A stretch of 64,000 nucleotides of DNA from positions 138,230 through 202,229 of the forward strand of contig JAPLLX010000003.1 in the NCBI GenBank assembly GCA_026387335.1, in the 5' to 3' direction. The notes under the pieces were generated by a model. It searched no databases and was not told the origin of the DNA. It worked only from the letters and a program-made list of their open reading frames with translations. Origin of the DNA: Candidatus Omnitrophota bacterium. Lineage in GTDB: Bacteria; Omnitrophota; Gorgyraeia; Gygaellales; Profunditerraquicolaceae. Shown one piece after another: positions 39,008 to 46,888 of this stretch. The translations under genes were made by a program, and so were the position numbers. Numbering within the stretch: the first letter of the stretch is position 1; every line of letters begins with the position of its first letter.

Positions 39008-39724
39008 CTACAAGTCCAGTCCTCTGGAACTATTTGTTAGAAATTTATTTTTTATATCTCGAATAACGATATCATTACCTTGCATTTGTTGTGGTGATAT
39101 TTCGAATTCAAATCTTGTATCGCCATTGACAATAACAAAAGCTTTACCGCTTATTACTTGACTATTTTCAGGAATCTTTACAAACCTTACTTGAATTATA
39201 TCAGATTCTTGAAGTATTTCGATTGGTTTACCTACAGCTGAATAATTGGATTGCATGCGAAAAACTCCTATATAAATAACTTCACCTTTTCCGTTTTGTT
39301 TAGCATCTGATTGCGTATCTGACATTAACAATAGCGGTTGTCTATTTTTCACGAAACAAAGCAACCCGCCAACATCCATATATCGAGTAGATACTTTTTC
39401 GTCAGATTTTATGGTAACTTCAACTTGAGCTTCCGCAGATGCTATTGATTTCTTGAGGGGATTTTCTAGTTCTTGAATTCTTTCGGCTAGTTTTTGTAAC
39501 CTCTCCTGTTCTGAACCTGTGTATTTTTCCAAAGCAATTGTTTTGAATGGTGTTAATTGGGTTTCTAATCGTTGAATTTCGGCTATTTTATCTGAATTTT
39601 CTTTTTCCAATTTCTTAATTACCCCAAGATTTATAATTATTTGGATAATAGCTATTATTAATAAAAATACTCCTGTTACTATTGCAGTTTGAACCGAAGC
39701 CTTTTGATACCATTTCTGAGCCAT
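39008..39724 (-). CDS. hypothetical membrane-anchored coiled-coil protein (AT-rich cassette gene 1)
   Basis: A 238-aa ORF with an N-terminal TM helix, a coiled-coil and a C-terminal beta-rich domain. It has no recognisable motif, and its GC is well below the flanking genes. Confidence 0.5.
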   Translation of the reverse strand: MAQKWYQKASVQTAIVTGVFLLIIAIIQIIINLGVIKKLEKENSDKIAEIQRLETQLTPFKTIALEKYTGSEQERLQKLAERIQELENPLKKSIASAEAQVEVTIKSDEKVSTRYMDVGGLLCFVKNRQPLLLMSDTQSDAKQNGKGEVIYIGVFRMQSNYSAVGKPIEILQESDIIQVRFVKIPENSQVISGKAFVIVNGDTRFEFEISPQQMQGNDIVIRDIKNKFLTNSSRGLDL

Positions 39725-39779
39725 AGTTATTTTATTTTTTCATCGTTCTAGGACTGCTTACTTCTAACTTATAAAAACT

Positions 39780-40415
39780 TCAGTTCCTTTTTACTTTAGT
39801 GCTTTTTTCTATCCTATCAAAAGTTATAGTGTTTTCTTTGCCGTCCTTAAGAAATTTCTGTTTGTAGTTATCTTTATCATAATCCTTTTTAATATCGAGT
39901 TTTTTTCCATTGAAATAATAATGAAATCTTTTCTTAATGTGGAATGGGGCTAAAATTCCAGAACCTCTATAAGAATACTCTAAACAATAACTTTTTGGCA
40001 GCAAATCGATATACGAAGCTGGAAAAACATCACCTACCTTGTCTTTATCTAATCTACCGGTTTCTACAGTTACGGTAGCATTAGCAAAAGGAGGGAAATT
40101 ACTTGTTCCCAGCCTTACCCCGCTACTATAAAAACCACTAAGATCTTCAGAGCACTTGTGTATTTCAATAACTACATTATGAAGAGAAGTATCACTGACC
40201 TCTGAAATAAATAAATCTTTATCAATCCTAGCACCTAAAGCAACATTGTATATATCGCGACTGCCATCGTTTCTAAGAATAAAGGTAAAAGAGTTATTTT
40301 TTAAGTTTTGTTCTATCTTAAGAAAAATCCGAGGGTAAAATATCAAATCAAAAATTATACTAAGTAATATAAGTATAGAAACGCCTGCAATCATAGAAAT
40401 TAAAAAAGGCTTCAT
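39780..40415 (-). CDS. hypothetical membrane-anchored protein (AT-rich cassette gene 2)
   Basis: A 211-aa ORF with an N-terminal TM helix, no recognisable motif and low GC. Confidence 0.5.
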   Translation of the reverse strand: MKPFLISMIAGVSILILLSIIFDLIFYPRIFLKIEQNLKNNSFTFILRNDGSRDIYNVALGARIDKDLFISEVSDTSLHNVVIEIHKCSEDLSGFYSSGVRLGTSNFPPFANATVTVETGRLDKDKVGDVFPASYIDLLPKSYCLEYSYRGSGILAPFHIKKRFHYYFNGKKLDIKKDYDKDNYKQKFLKDGKENTITFDRIEKSTKVKRN

Positions 40416-40451
40416 CTTATCCTCTCTTGTGGATGGCTTGGCTTAGTTTCG

Positions 40452-40570
40452 GAGCAGGGCGTAACGCAGGCGGAGCGGGCACGGTTCGCCCGCTATTTAA
40501 TAATTAGCGAGAGCGAAGCCGAGTAGCCGAGCGCGATTTTCCACGCTGGGGAAAATCGTGCGGCCCTGCG
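40452..40570. repeat. 119-bp inverted repeat, arm B (reverse complement of arm A)
   Basis: See arm A at 38843-38961. Confidence 0.6.
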
Positions 40571-40623
40571 AGAAACAAGACAAGGCAGACACAATTGATA
40601 TCTATATTTTCAAATGAGCAAGA

Positions 40624-40659
40624 GATTGCTTCGGCTGCCTATGGCAGCCTCGCAATGAC
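40624..40659. repeat. small palindromic hairpin element (copy b, inverted), immediately downstream of the SPFH gene stop
   Basis: The reverse complement gtcattgcgag-GCTGCC-ata-GGCAGC-cgaagcaatc matches copy a, with compensatory stem changes. Confidence 0.55.
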
Positions 40660-40660
40660 G

Positions 40661-41548
40661 TTATTTAGCTGGTTTTTCTTCCTTCTTCTTCAAGGGTAAA
40701 AAACCGGCCATTTCACCGATTACATTGACTAATTCCGTATTCGCCGGAACGACAATTTTTGCGTTATTCTGCAATGATTTTTCAACAGCTTCTAATTTCC
40801 GCAGCACCTGAGCATTCCCCACAAAATATTCTTCCGCTGCTTCATTGACTAGTTTAATCGCCGTTGCTTCGCCTTCAGCTTCTAAGATTCTTGCCTGCTT
40901 TATACCTTCAGCCTTTTTAATCTCGGCGCGTTTCTGTCCATCAGCAGCAGTTTCGGTGGCGGTAGCAAAATCAATTGCCGCTATTTTTTCATTCTCGGCC
41001 TTGACCACCTTATTCATTGTCTCCTGGACATCTTTAGGAGGATCGATTTCTTTTAATTCGGTCCTGACTATCTCTAAACCCCAGGTTCCGGTTTCACTGC
41101 AAAGAGTATTATGCAACTCCGCGTTAATTTTGCCTCTCTCGCTGTTCGCGGATTTTAGAGTAAGTGTACCGATAATATTTCTTAGGGTTGTGCGGGCGAG
41201 ATTTACAATCTGCCACTGGTAATTATTCACGCTATATTGCGAACTTTTTACACTTTGCTCGTCTGCCTTGACCTTAAAATAAACCTGCGCGTCAACTTTG
41301 GCATTCAGATTATCATTAGTGATGATCTCCTGCGGCTCAGCATCCACCATTTGCTCAGTTGTATTAACCTGATAAATAACTTCGATAAAAGGGAAAATCC
41401 AGTTAAACCCGGGGTTAGCAAAACGGTTATACTTCCCAAATCTTTCCACTAGGCCGCGGTGCGTAGGCCGGACAATCCTGATACCCATAAAGAAAAATAA
41501 AACTACGCCAATAATTATTGCGACTGTAACATCCATACCCACCTCCAT
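40661..41548 (-). CDS. SPFH/band-7 (stomatin/prohibitin-like) membrane protein
   Basis: An N-terminal TM segment is followed by IVRPTHRGLVERFGKY, an SPFH domain. Confidence 0.8.
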   Translation of the reverse strand: MEVGMDVTVAIIIGVVLFFFMGIRIVRPTHRGLVERFGKYNRFANPGFNWIFPFIEVIYQVNTTEQMVDAEPQEIITNDNLNAKVDAQVYFKVKADEQSVKSSQYSVNNYQWQIVNLARTTLRNIIGTLTLKSANSERGKINAELHNTLCSETGTWGLEIVRTELKEIDPPKDVQETMNKVVKAENEKIAAIDFATATETAADGQKRAEIKKAEGIKQARILEAEGEATAIKLVNEAAEEYFVGNAQVLRKLEAVEKSLQNNAKIVVPANTELVNVIGEMAGFLPLKKKEEKPAK

Positions 41549-41572
41549 TTTTACTTACTTACGGGACAGTCC

Positions 41573-42571
41573 CTAAGCTATGCGCACTTTTTTATTGCCT
41601 TTAACAACTTCTCCGATAATCCAGGATTTTAACTTCTGGCTTTGTAGTTTTAAGATTATAGAATTTACCGACGCAGGCGTAACAATTAAAACCATGCCTA
41701 TGCCCATATTCAAGGTATGATACATTTCGCGTTCGGGTACATTACCCTTATTTTGAATAAGGCGGAATATTTTCGGCACATTCCAGGAATTTTTGTCAAT
41801 CTTAACATCCACATTACCGGGGAGGATCCTGGCGATCTTATCGTAAAAAGCTCCTCCGGTAATATGCGCGATTCCTTTGATAAATTTACTCGGTAATAAA
41901 CTTAAAACCTGTTTTACATAAATGCGCGTGGGCGTAAGCAACTCTTTACTCATCCGCTTAAGTTCGCTGGTAGAAAAAACTTTTCTCACCAATGAATAAC
42001 CGTTGGAATGAATTCCACTTGATTCTAAGCCAATAACCACATCGCCTGCCTGAATGCGGCTTCCGTCAATAATTTTATCCCGCTCAACCACTCCTACGCA
42101 AAACCCGGCAATATCATATTCTCCTGGCCTGTACATCCCGGGCATCTGCGCGGTCTCTCCGCCAATCAGAGAACAACCGGACTGAATACAGCCGTCGTTA
42201 ATGCCTTTTACGACGTCTATTAATACTTCTTCCTTAACTGTGCTGTGAGCGATGTAGTCCAGGAAAAATAACGGCTCAGCGCCCGCGCAGAGAATATCAT
42301 TCACATTCATCGCCACGGCGTCAATGCCTACGCTATCGTGCTTATTCACTAATCCCGCTATTTTTAATTTTGTGCCTACGCCGTCGCTTGAGGAGACCAG
42401 AACCGGATTTTTATATTTATTCTTATCCAGCTTAAAGAAACTACCAAACCCGCCGATATCTTTTAAAACTTCTGCCCGAAAAGATTTTCTAACCAATGGC
42501 TGGAGTTTAGATTTAAACGCGCTTGCGCTGTCTATATCCACCCCTGACTTCTTATAAGTTACTCTTTTCAT
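41573..42571 (-). CDS. purM: phosphoribosylformylglycinamidine cyclo-ligase (AIR synthetase)
   Basis: MKRVTYKKSGVDIDSA...DGVGTK...GGETAQMPG matches PurM. The start is trimmed so that it overlaps the purF stop as ATGA. The track ORF extends to 42673. Confidence 0.9.
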   Translation of the reverse strand: MKRVTYKKSGVDIDSASAFKSKLQPLVRKSFRAEVLKDIGGFGSFFKLDKNKYKNPVLVSSSDGVGTKLKIAGLVNKHDSVGIDAVAMNVNDILCAGAEPLFFLDYIAHSTVKEEVLIDVVKGINDGCIQSGCSLIGGETAQMPGMYRPGEYDIAGFCVGVVERDKIIDGSRIQAGDVVIGLESSGIHSNGYSLVRKVFSTSELKRMSKELLTPTRIYVKQVLSLLPSKFIKGIAHITGGAFYDKIARILPGNVDVKIDKNSWNVPKIFRLIQNKGNVPEREMYHTLNMGIGMVLIVTPASVNSIILKLQSQKLKSWIIGEVVKGNKKVRIA

Positions 42572-44013
42572 TTTATAATTTCTCCTTGGCCACAACAATG
42601 CGTCTCCAGCGAAAATTTTCCCTGCCTCTTCTCTGCCCTTACCGGATATTTTCCGGTCCAACAGGCAGCGCAATTCCCGATTCCGGAATTTTTAAAACAA
42701 CCCAGCATCCCCCCGAGGCTTAAATACCCCAGGCTATCCACTTCCATATACTGCCGGATTTTATCTAGCGATTCGTATTTATTGGCGATTAATTCGCTGG
42801 TTTTATGGAAATCAATCCCGTAAAAGCAGGGAAAGCGGTGCGGCGGACAAGATATCCTTAAATGCACTTCTTTAACTCCCGCTTTACGCAAATTGCGCAC
42901 GCGAATCTTGGAAGTTGTTCCGCGCACGATAGAATCATCAACCACGATGATCCGTTTTCCTTTTAGAACATCCCTGAGCAGGTTAAATTTAACCCGCACT
43001 CCTAAATCCCGCGTATCCTGCATCGGCTGGATAAATGTCCTGCCGACATAATGGTTACGGATGATCCCCAATTCTAACGGGATCCCCGATTCCTGAGAAT
43101 AACCCATGGCCGCTGAAAATCCTGAATCCGGAACAGGAACAACAAAATCCGCGTCCACCGGATGCTCCTGCGCAAGTTGGCTGCCTAATTTCCGCCTGAC
43201 TGAATGCACGGTCTCTCCGAAAACAACTGAATCCGGACGGGAAAAATAAACGTGCTCAAAGGTGCAGAAGGCGTGTTTATTGGAATGTAATTCTTTAGGT
43301 TTAATTGACCTTAAACCCGTGTCATTAATGATAACGATTTCGCCGGGTTCAATATCGCGGATATATTTAGCGCCGACTAAATCAAAGGCGCAGGTCTCTG
43401 AAGCTAAGACCCAGGAATTACCCAGCTTGCCTAAAGATAAGGGCCGAAAACCATACGGGTCCCTTATGCCGATAAGGCTGTTATCCGCGATCATAACTAA
43501 AGAATAAGCGCCTTTAATCCTTCTTAAGGCGTAAATAAGGCTATCTTCCAGATTGCGCAATTTGGCCCGGGCCATAAGATGAATAATTATTTCGGAATCG
43601 GTTGTAGTCTGAAAAATTGAACCGGTCTTTTCCAAATACTGGCGCAGTTCCAGAGAATTCACCAGGTTGCCATTATGCGCGATGCAAACCGAACCCTTGG
43701 CATAATCAATTAAAAGCGGCTGGGAATTTTTTAAGACGCTTGAGCCGGTGGTAGAATAACGCACATGGCCCACAGCCATATTTCCCTTGAGCCGGGCTAA
43801 GACCGCCTCATTAAAAACATCGCTGACTAAACCCATTTCTTTATGTATGGATAAAACGCCTTTGTTATTGGCGACAATTCCGCAGGCTTCCTGGCCCCTA
43901 TGCTGTAACGCGTAGAGCCCAAGATAAGTAAGCCAACTGGCGTGTTTATTATTATTTATCCCGAATAAACCGCAATACTCCTTAGGTTCATCGTTATTAT
44001 TTTCTTTTGGCAT
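42568..44013 (-). CDS. purF: amidophosphoribosyltransferase (propeptide plus Cys1 Ntn glutaminase, PRTase, C-terminal Fe-S cysteines)
   Basis: A propeptide MPKENNNDEPKEY precedes CGLFGI...LQHRGQEA. The PRPP loop is VVDDSIVRGTTS. The C-terminal cysteines are CFKNSGIGNCAACW. Confidence 0.9.
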   Translation of the reverse strand: MPKENNNDEPKEYCGLFGINNNKHASWLTYLGLYALQHRGQEACGIVANNKGVLSIHKEMGLVSDVFNEAVLARLKGNMAVGHVRYSTTGSSVLKNSQPLLIDYAKGSVCIAHNGNLVNSLELRQYLEKTGSIFQTTTDSEIIIHLMARAKLRNLEDSLIYALRRIKGAYSLVMIADNSLIGIRDPYGFRPLSLGKLGNSWVLASETCAFDLVGAKYIRDIEPGEIVIINDTGLRSIKPKELHSNKHAFCTFEHVYFSRPDSVVFGETVHSVRRKLGSQLAQEHPVDADFVVPVPDSGFSAAMGYSQESGIPLELGIIRNHYVGRTFIQPMQDTRDLGVRVKFNLLRDVLKGKRIIVVDDSIVRGTTSKIRVRNLRKAGVKEVHLRISCPPHRFPCFYGIDFHKTSELIANKYESLDKIRQYMEVDSLGYLSLGGMLGCFKNSGIGNCAACWTGKYPVRAEKRQGKFSLETHCCGQGEIIK

Positions 44014-45421
44014 TTTTTACTCCGTTTTTTGGCTCTTTACCTAACCAACAGTATAAGCAAAGTTTATTTTCCGGCAGGCCTATCGCCGCGATCATATCCT
44101 TTAACTTCTGGTATTTTAAAGTAGTCGCTCCCAAATCTTTGTTAATCCATTCTACCATTTTTTTATGTTCGCCAGAATTTTCATTCAGGTATTTGGATAA
44201 ATTCTTGGTATCGCTTCCCGTAAGGGCCTTGATGGCTTTACGCGCCGCCAGTTCGTGGATGCTGCGGGTGGAATAATTGTATTTACAGGGAAACATTAAT
44301 GGCGGACAGGCTATCCTTAAATGCACTTCCTTGGCCCCGTTTTCTTTAAGCTTACGTATCGTATAATTTTTTAGCTGTGTGCCGCGCACAATGGAATCAT
44401 CGCAAAAAACCAGGCGTCGGCCTTTAATGATCTCCAGAATGGGGATTAATTTCATCTTGGCGATTAAATCGCGCTGCTCCTGGGTAACCGGCGTATAGCT
44501 GCGGTCATACCCGGGAGTATATTTTATTAACGGCCGGCGCAGCGGTATCCCGGATTCCATACTATAGCCTATGGCGTGGGCTGTCCCTGAATCCGGAATG
44601 CCGGCGACCATATCGGCGTCTATAGTGTCGGATTTTGCCAACATGCAGCCGCAGCGTTCCCTGGACATCTCCACATTTATATTCTCATAACAAGAAGCCG
44701 GAAATCCCGTATAAATCCATAAGAAAGAGCAGATCTGGTTAGTCTTGGCGCCTTTACGTTTTAGCTTAATCCCGGACTCATCAAGCAAAACTATTTCGCC
44801 CGGCTCAAGATACTTCACAATTTTATAACCTAAGTTTAAAAAGGCGGAGGTTTCGGTGGTCACTGCCCAATCCTTGCCTTTCTTACCGACGATTAACGGC
44901 GTTAATCCGAACCTGTCCCGGGCAGCGTAGATCCCGTCCTTATTTAATAATAATAACGAGCATGACCCTTCAATTTTAAGGAACATTTTTTCAATACCGC
45001 TGACAATATTTTTTCCGCGGATAAGCATTTTAGCGATCAGCTCGGTAAAGTTTACCCGGCCGGAGGTGACTTCGCTAAAAGACTTCCCCTCCTTAAACAG
45101 CTCTTTGGCTAACTTCTCGGCATTATCAATATACCCATTGGTAATAATGGCGAACGGCCCGAATTTGGAATTTATCACCACCGGCTGTTCGTCTCTGGCG
45201 CTGATGGCGCCTATGCCTTTAGCCCCTTCCATATTTTTATAGTCTTCGTGAAATTTAGCCTTAAACTGGCTGCCCCTGATATCGTGGATTTTGCGCTGTA
45301 ATCCTTTTCCGAATACGGCTAACCCGGCAAATTGCGTGCCCAGGTGCGAATGATAATCCGTGCCATAATATAAATCCTCAAGGCAGTGTTTCTTGGAAAT
45401 TACCCCAAATATACCGCTCAT
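43997..45421 (-). CDS. PurF paralog lacking the Ntn catalytic cysteine (glutaminase-dead amidophosphoribosyltransferase-like)
   Basis: The protein begins MSGIFGV (Ser where Cys1 is expected), and the oxyanion Arg is replaced (YHSHLGTQFAGL versus LQHRGQEA). The PRTase motif VFCDDSIVRGTQ and the C-terminal Cys cluster are retained. A strong SD (GAGGAG) and an in-frame stop sit directly upstream of the ATG. Confidence 0.7.
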   Translation of the reverse strand: MSGIFGVISKKHCLEDLYYGTDYHSHLGTQFAGLAVFGKGLQRKIHDIRGSQFKAKFHEDYKNMEGAKGIGAISARDEQPVVINSKFGPFAIITNGYIDNAEKLAKELFKEGKSFSEVTSGRVNFTELIAKMLIRGKNIVSGIEKMFLKIEGSCSLLLLNKDGIYAARDRFGLTPLIVGKKGKDWAVTTETSAFLNLGYKIVKYLEPGEIVLLDESGIKLKRKGAKTNQICSFLWIYTGFPASCYENINVEMSRERCGCMLAKSDTIDADMVAGIPDSGTAHAIGYSMESGIPLRRPLIKYTPGYDRSYTPVTQEQRDLIAKMKLIPILEIIKGRRLVFCDDSIVRGTQLKNYTIRKLKENGAKEVHLRIACPPLMFPCKYNYSTRSIHELAARKAIKALTGSDTKNLSKYLNENSGEHKKMVEWINKDLGATTLKYQKLKDMIAAIGLPENKLCLYCWLGKEPKNGVKNAKRK

Positions 45422-45432
45422 TTATCTTCTCC

Positions 45433-46212
45433 TCACAGATGCTTCCTGCAATATGCTACCCCGTTTTTAAAAATACCTAACCCGTCTCCCTGTTTTTTAT
45501 TCTTCAAACTGAACCAGCGCGGATGCTGATGAATTTCAATGTGCCTTTCCGGATGCGGCATAAGCCCTAAAATCCTGCCTGTCGCATCAGTAATACCGGC
45601 GATATCTTCCAGCGAGCCATTGGGGTTATCCGGATAGCTACCAGGCTTTCCCCGCGCGTCGCAATATTTAAAAATAATCTGGCTGTTTTTTTTAAGCTTA
45701 TTCAAAATAGAATTATCTTTTACAATAAATTTACCTTCGCCGTGGGCAACCGGCAAATAAATAATCTGCGGGATATTCTTGGTCCAAATACATTTACCGC
45801 TACTTTTTAGATACACCCAGCGGTCTTCAAATTTTCCTGAATCATTAATAATAAGGCTTGTGTCCTGTTCAGAATTCGCATTCCCAGGGAGTAAACCGCT
45901 CTTAACTAAAATCTGAAAACCATTACAAATTCCGATAATTAATTTACCTTCGTTAACAAATTGCCTTAGCTCTTCTCCTAACTTACACTTTAACTCATTG
46001 GCAAAGACCTTACCTGAGGCAATATCATCCCCGTAACTAAACCCTCCGGAGAAAGCCAGGATTTGATAATCCGCCAGGCTCTTCTTTTCCCCAATAAGAT
46101 CATTTATATGGACGAACTCGCTCTCTGCCCCGGCTTTAGCGAAAGCAAAAGCAGTCTCTTTATCGCAATTGGTCCCGGCTGTCCTGATTACACAAACTTT
46201 AACCTTGCGCAT
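45433..46212 (-). CDS. purQ: phosphoribosylformylglycinamidine synthase, glutaminase subunit
   Basis: MRKVKVCVIRTAGTNCD...GICNGFQIL matches a class I GATase PurQ. Confidence 0.85.
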   Translation of the reverse strand: MRKVKVCVIRTAGTNCDKETAFAFAKAGAESEFVHINDLIGEKKSLADYQILAFSGGFSYGDDIASGKVFANELKCKLGEELRQFVNEGKLIIGICNGFQILVKSGLLPGNANSEQDTSLIINDSGKFEDRWVYLKSSGKCIWTKNIPQIIYLPVAHGEGKFIVKDNSILNKLKKNSQIIFKYCDARGKPGSYPDNPNGSLEDIAGITDATGRILGLMPHPERHIEIHQHPRWFSLKNKKQGDGLGIFKNGVAYCRKHL

Positions 46213-46888
46213 AGAATTTCTTGATTGCCGCGACTACTTCCTTGGGTTTGTCAACTACCGTAAAAATATCCAAATCCGATTTACTGATATTCCCATTAGC
46301 CAGTACAGCTTCTTTCAACCAATCCAACAGCCCGTTCCAATAAACGCTTCCGAACAATATAACGGGAAATTTATTTATCCTCTCGGTCTGAATAAGGTTG
46401 ATCGCCTCAAAAAATTCATCCAGCGTGCCGTAACCTCCCGGCAAAATCACAAACGCCTTGGCGTATTTAACGAACATAACCTTCCTGACAAAAAAATAAC
46501 GAAAATCCAATAGAGTATCCACGTACTCATTTGGTTTTTGTTCGCAAGGAATATGGATGTTTAAACCGACGGAATGTCCCCCTGCCCGGCGCGTTCCCTT
46601 ATTTGCCGCTTCCATCATCCCGGGCCCGCTTCCGGTAATTACGGCGTAGCCTGCCTTGGCCACATGATAAGCGACTTCTTCACCCAATTTATAATATTCT
46701 GTGCCGCGCGTTGTCCGGGCTGAACCGAATATCGAAACAGCCTTACCGATTTTAGAAAGGACCTCAAAGCCTTCCACAAACTCAGACATAATCCGGAATA
46801 CGCGCCAGGGGTCTTCCCGCGTAAAATCGTTAACTAAATCTACCCTACGGATACAAGATTTTTTTACCATTTTAACGGCTCCTTCCAT
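46199..46888 (-). CDS. LOG-family (TIGR00730) nucleotide 5'-monophosphate phosphoribohydrolase
   Basis: VSIFGSARTT...ITGSGPGMMEAANKG...VILPGGYGTLDEFFE contains the PGGxGTxxE LOG motif. Confidence 0.75.
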   Translation of the reverse strand: MEGAVKMVKKSCIRRVDLVNDFTREDPWRVFRIMSEFVEGFEVLSKIGKAVSIFGSARTTRGTEYYKLGEEVAYHVAKAGYAVITGSGPGMMEAANKGTRRAGGHSVGLNIHIPCEQKPNEYVDTLLDFRYFFVRKVMFVKYAKAFVILPGGYGTLDEFFEAINLIQTERINKFPVILFGSVYWNGLLDWLKEAVLANGNISKSDLDIFTVVDKPKEVVAAIKKFYAQG

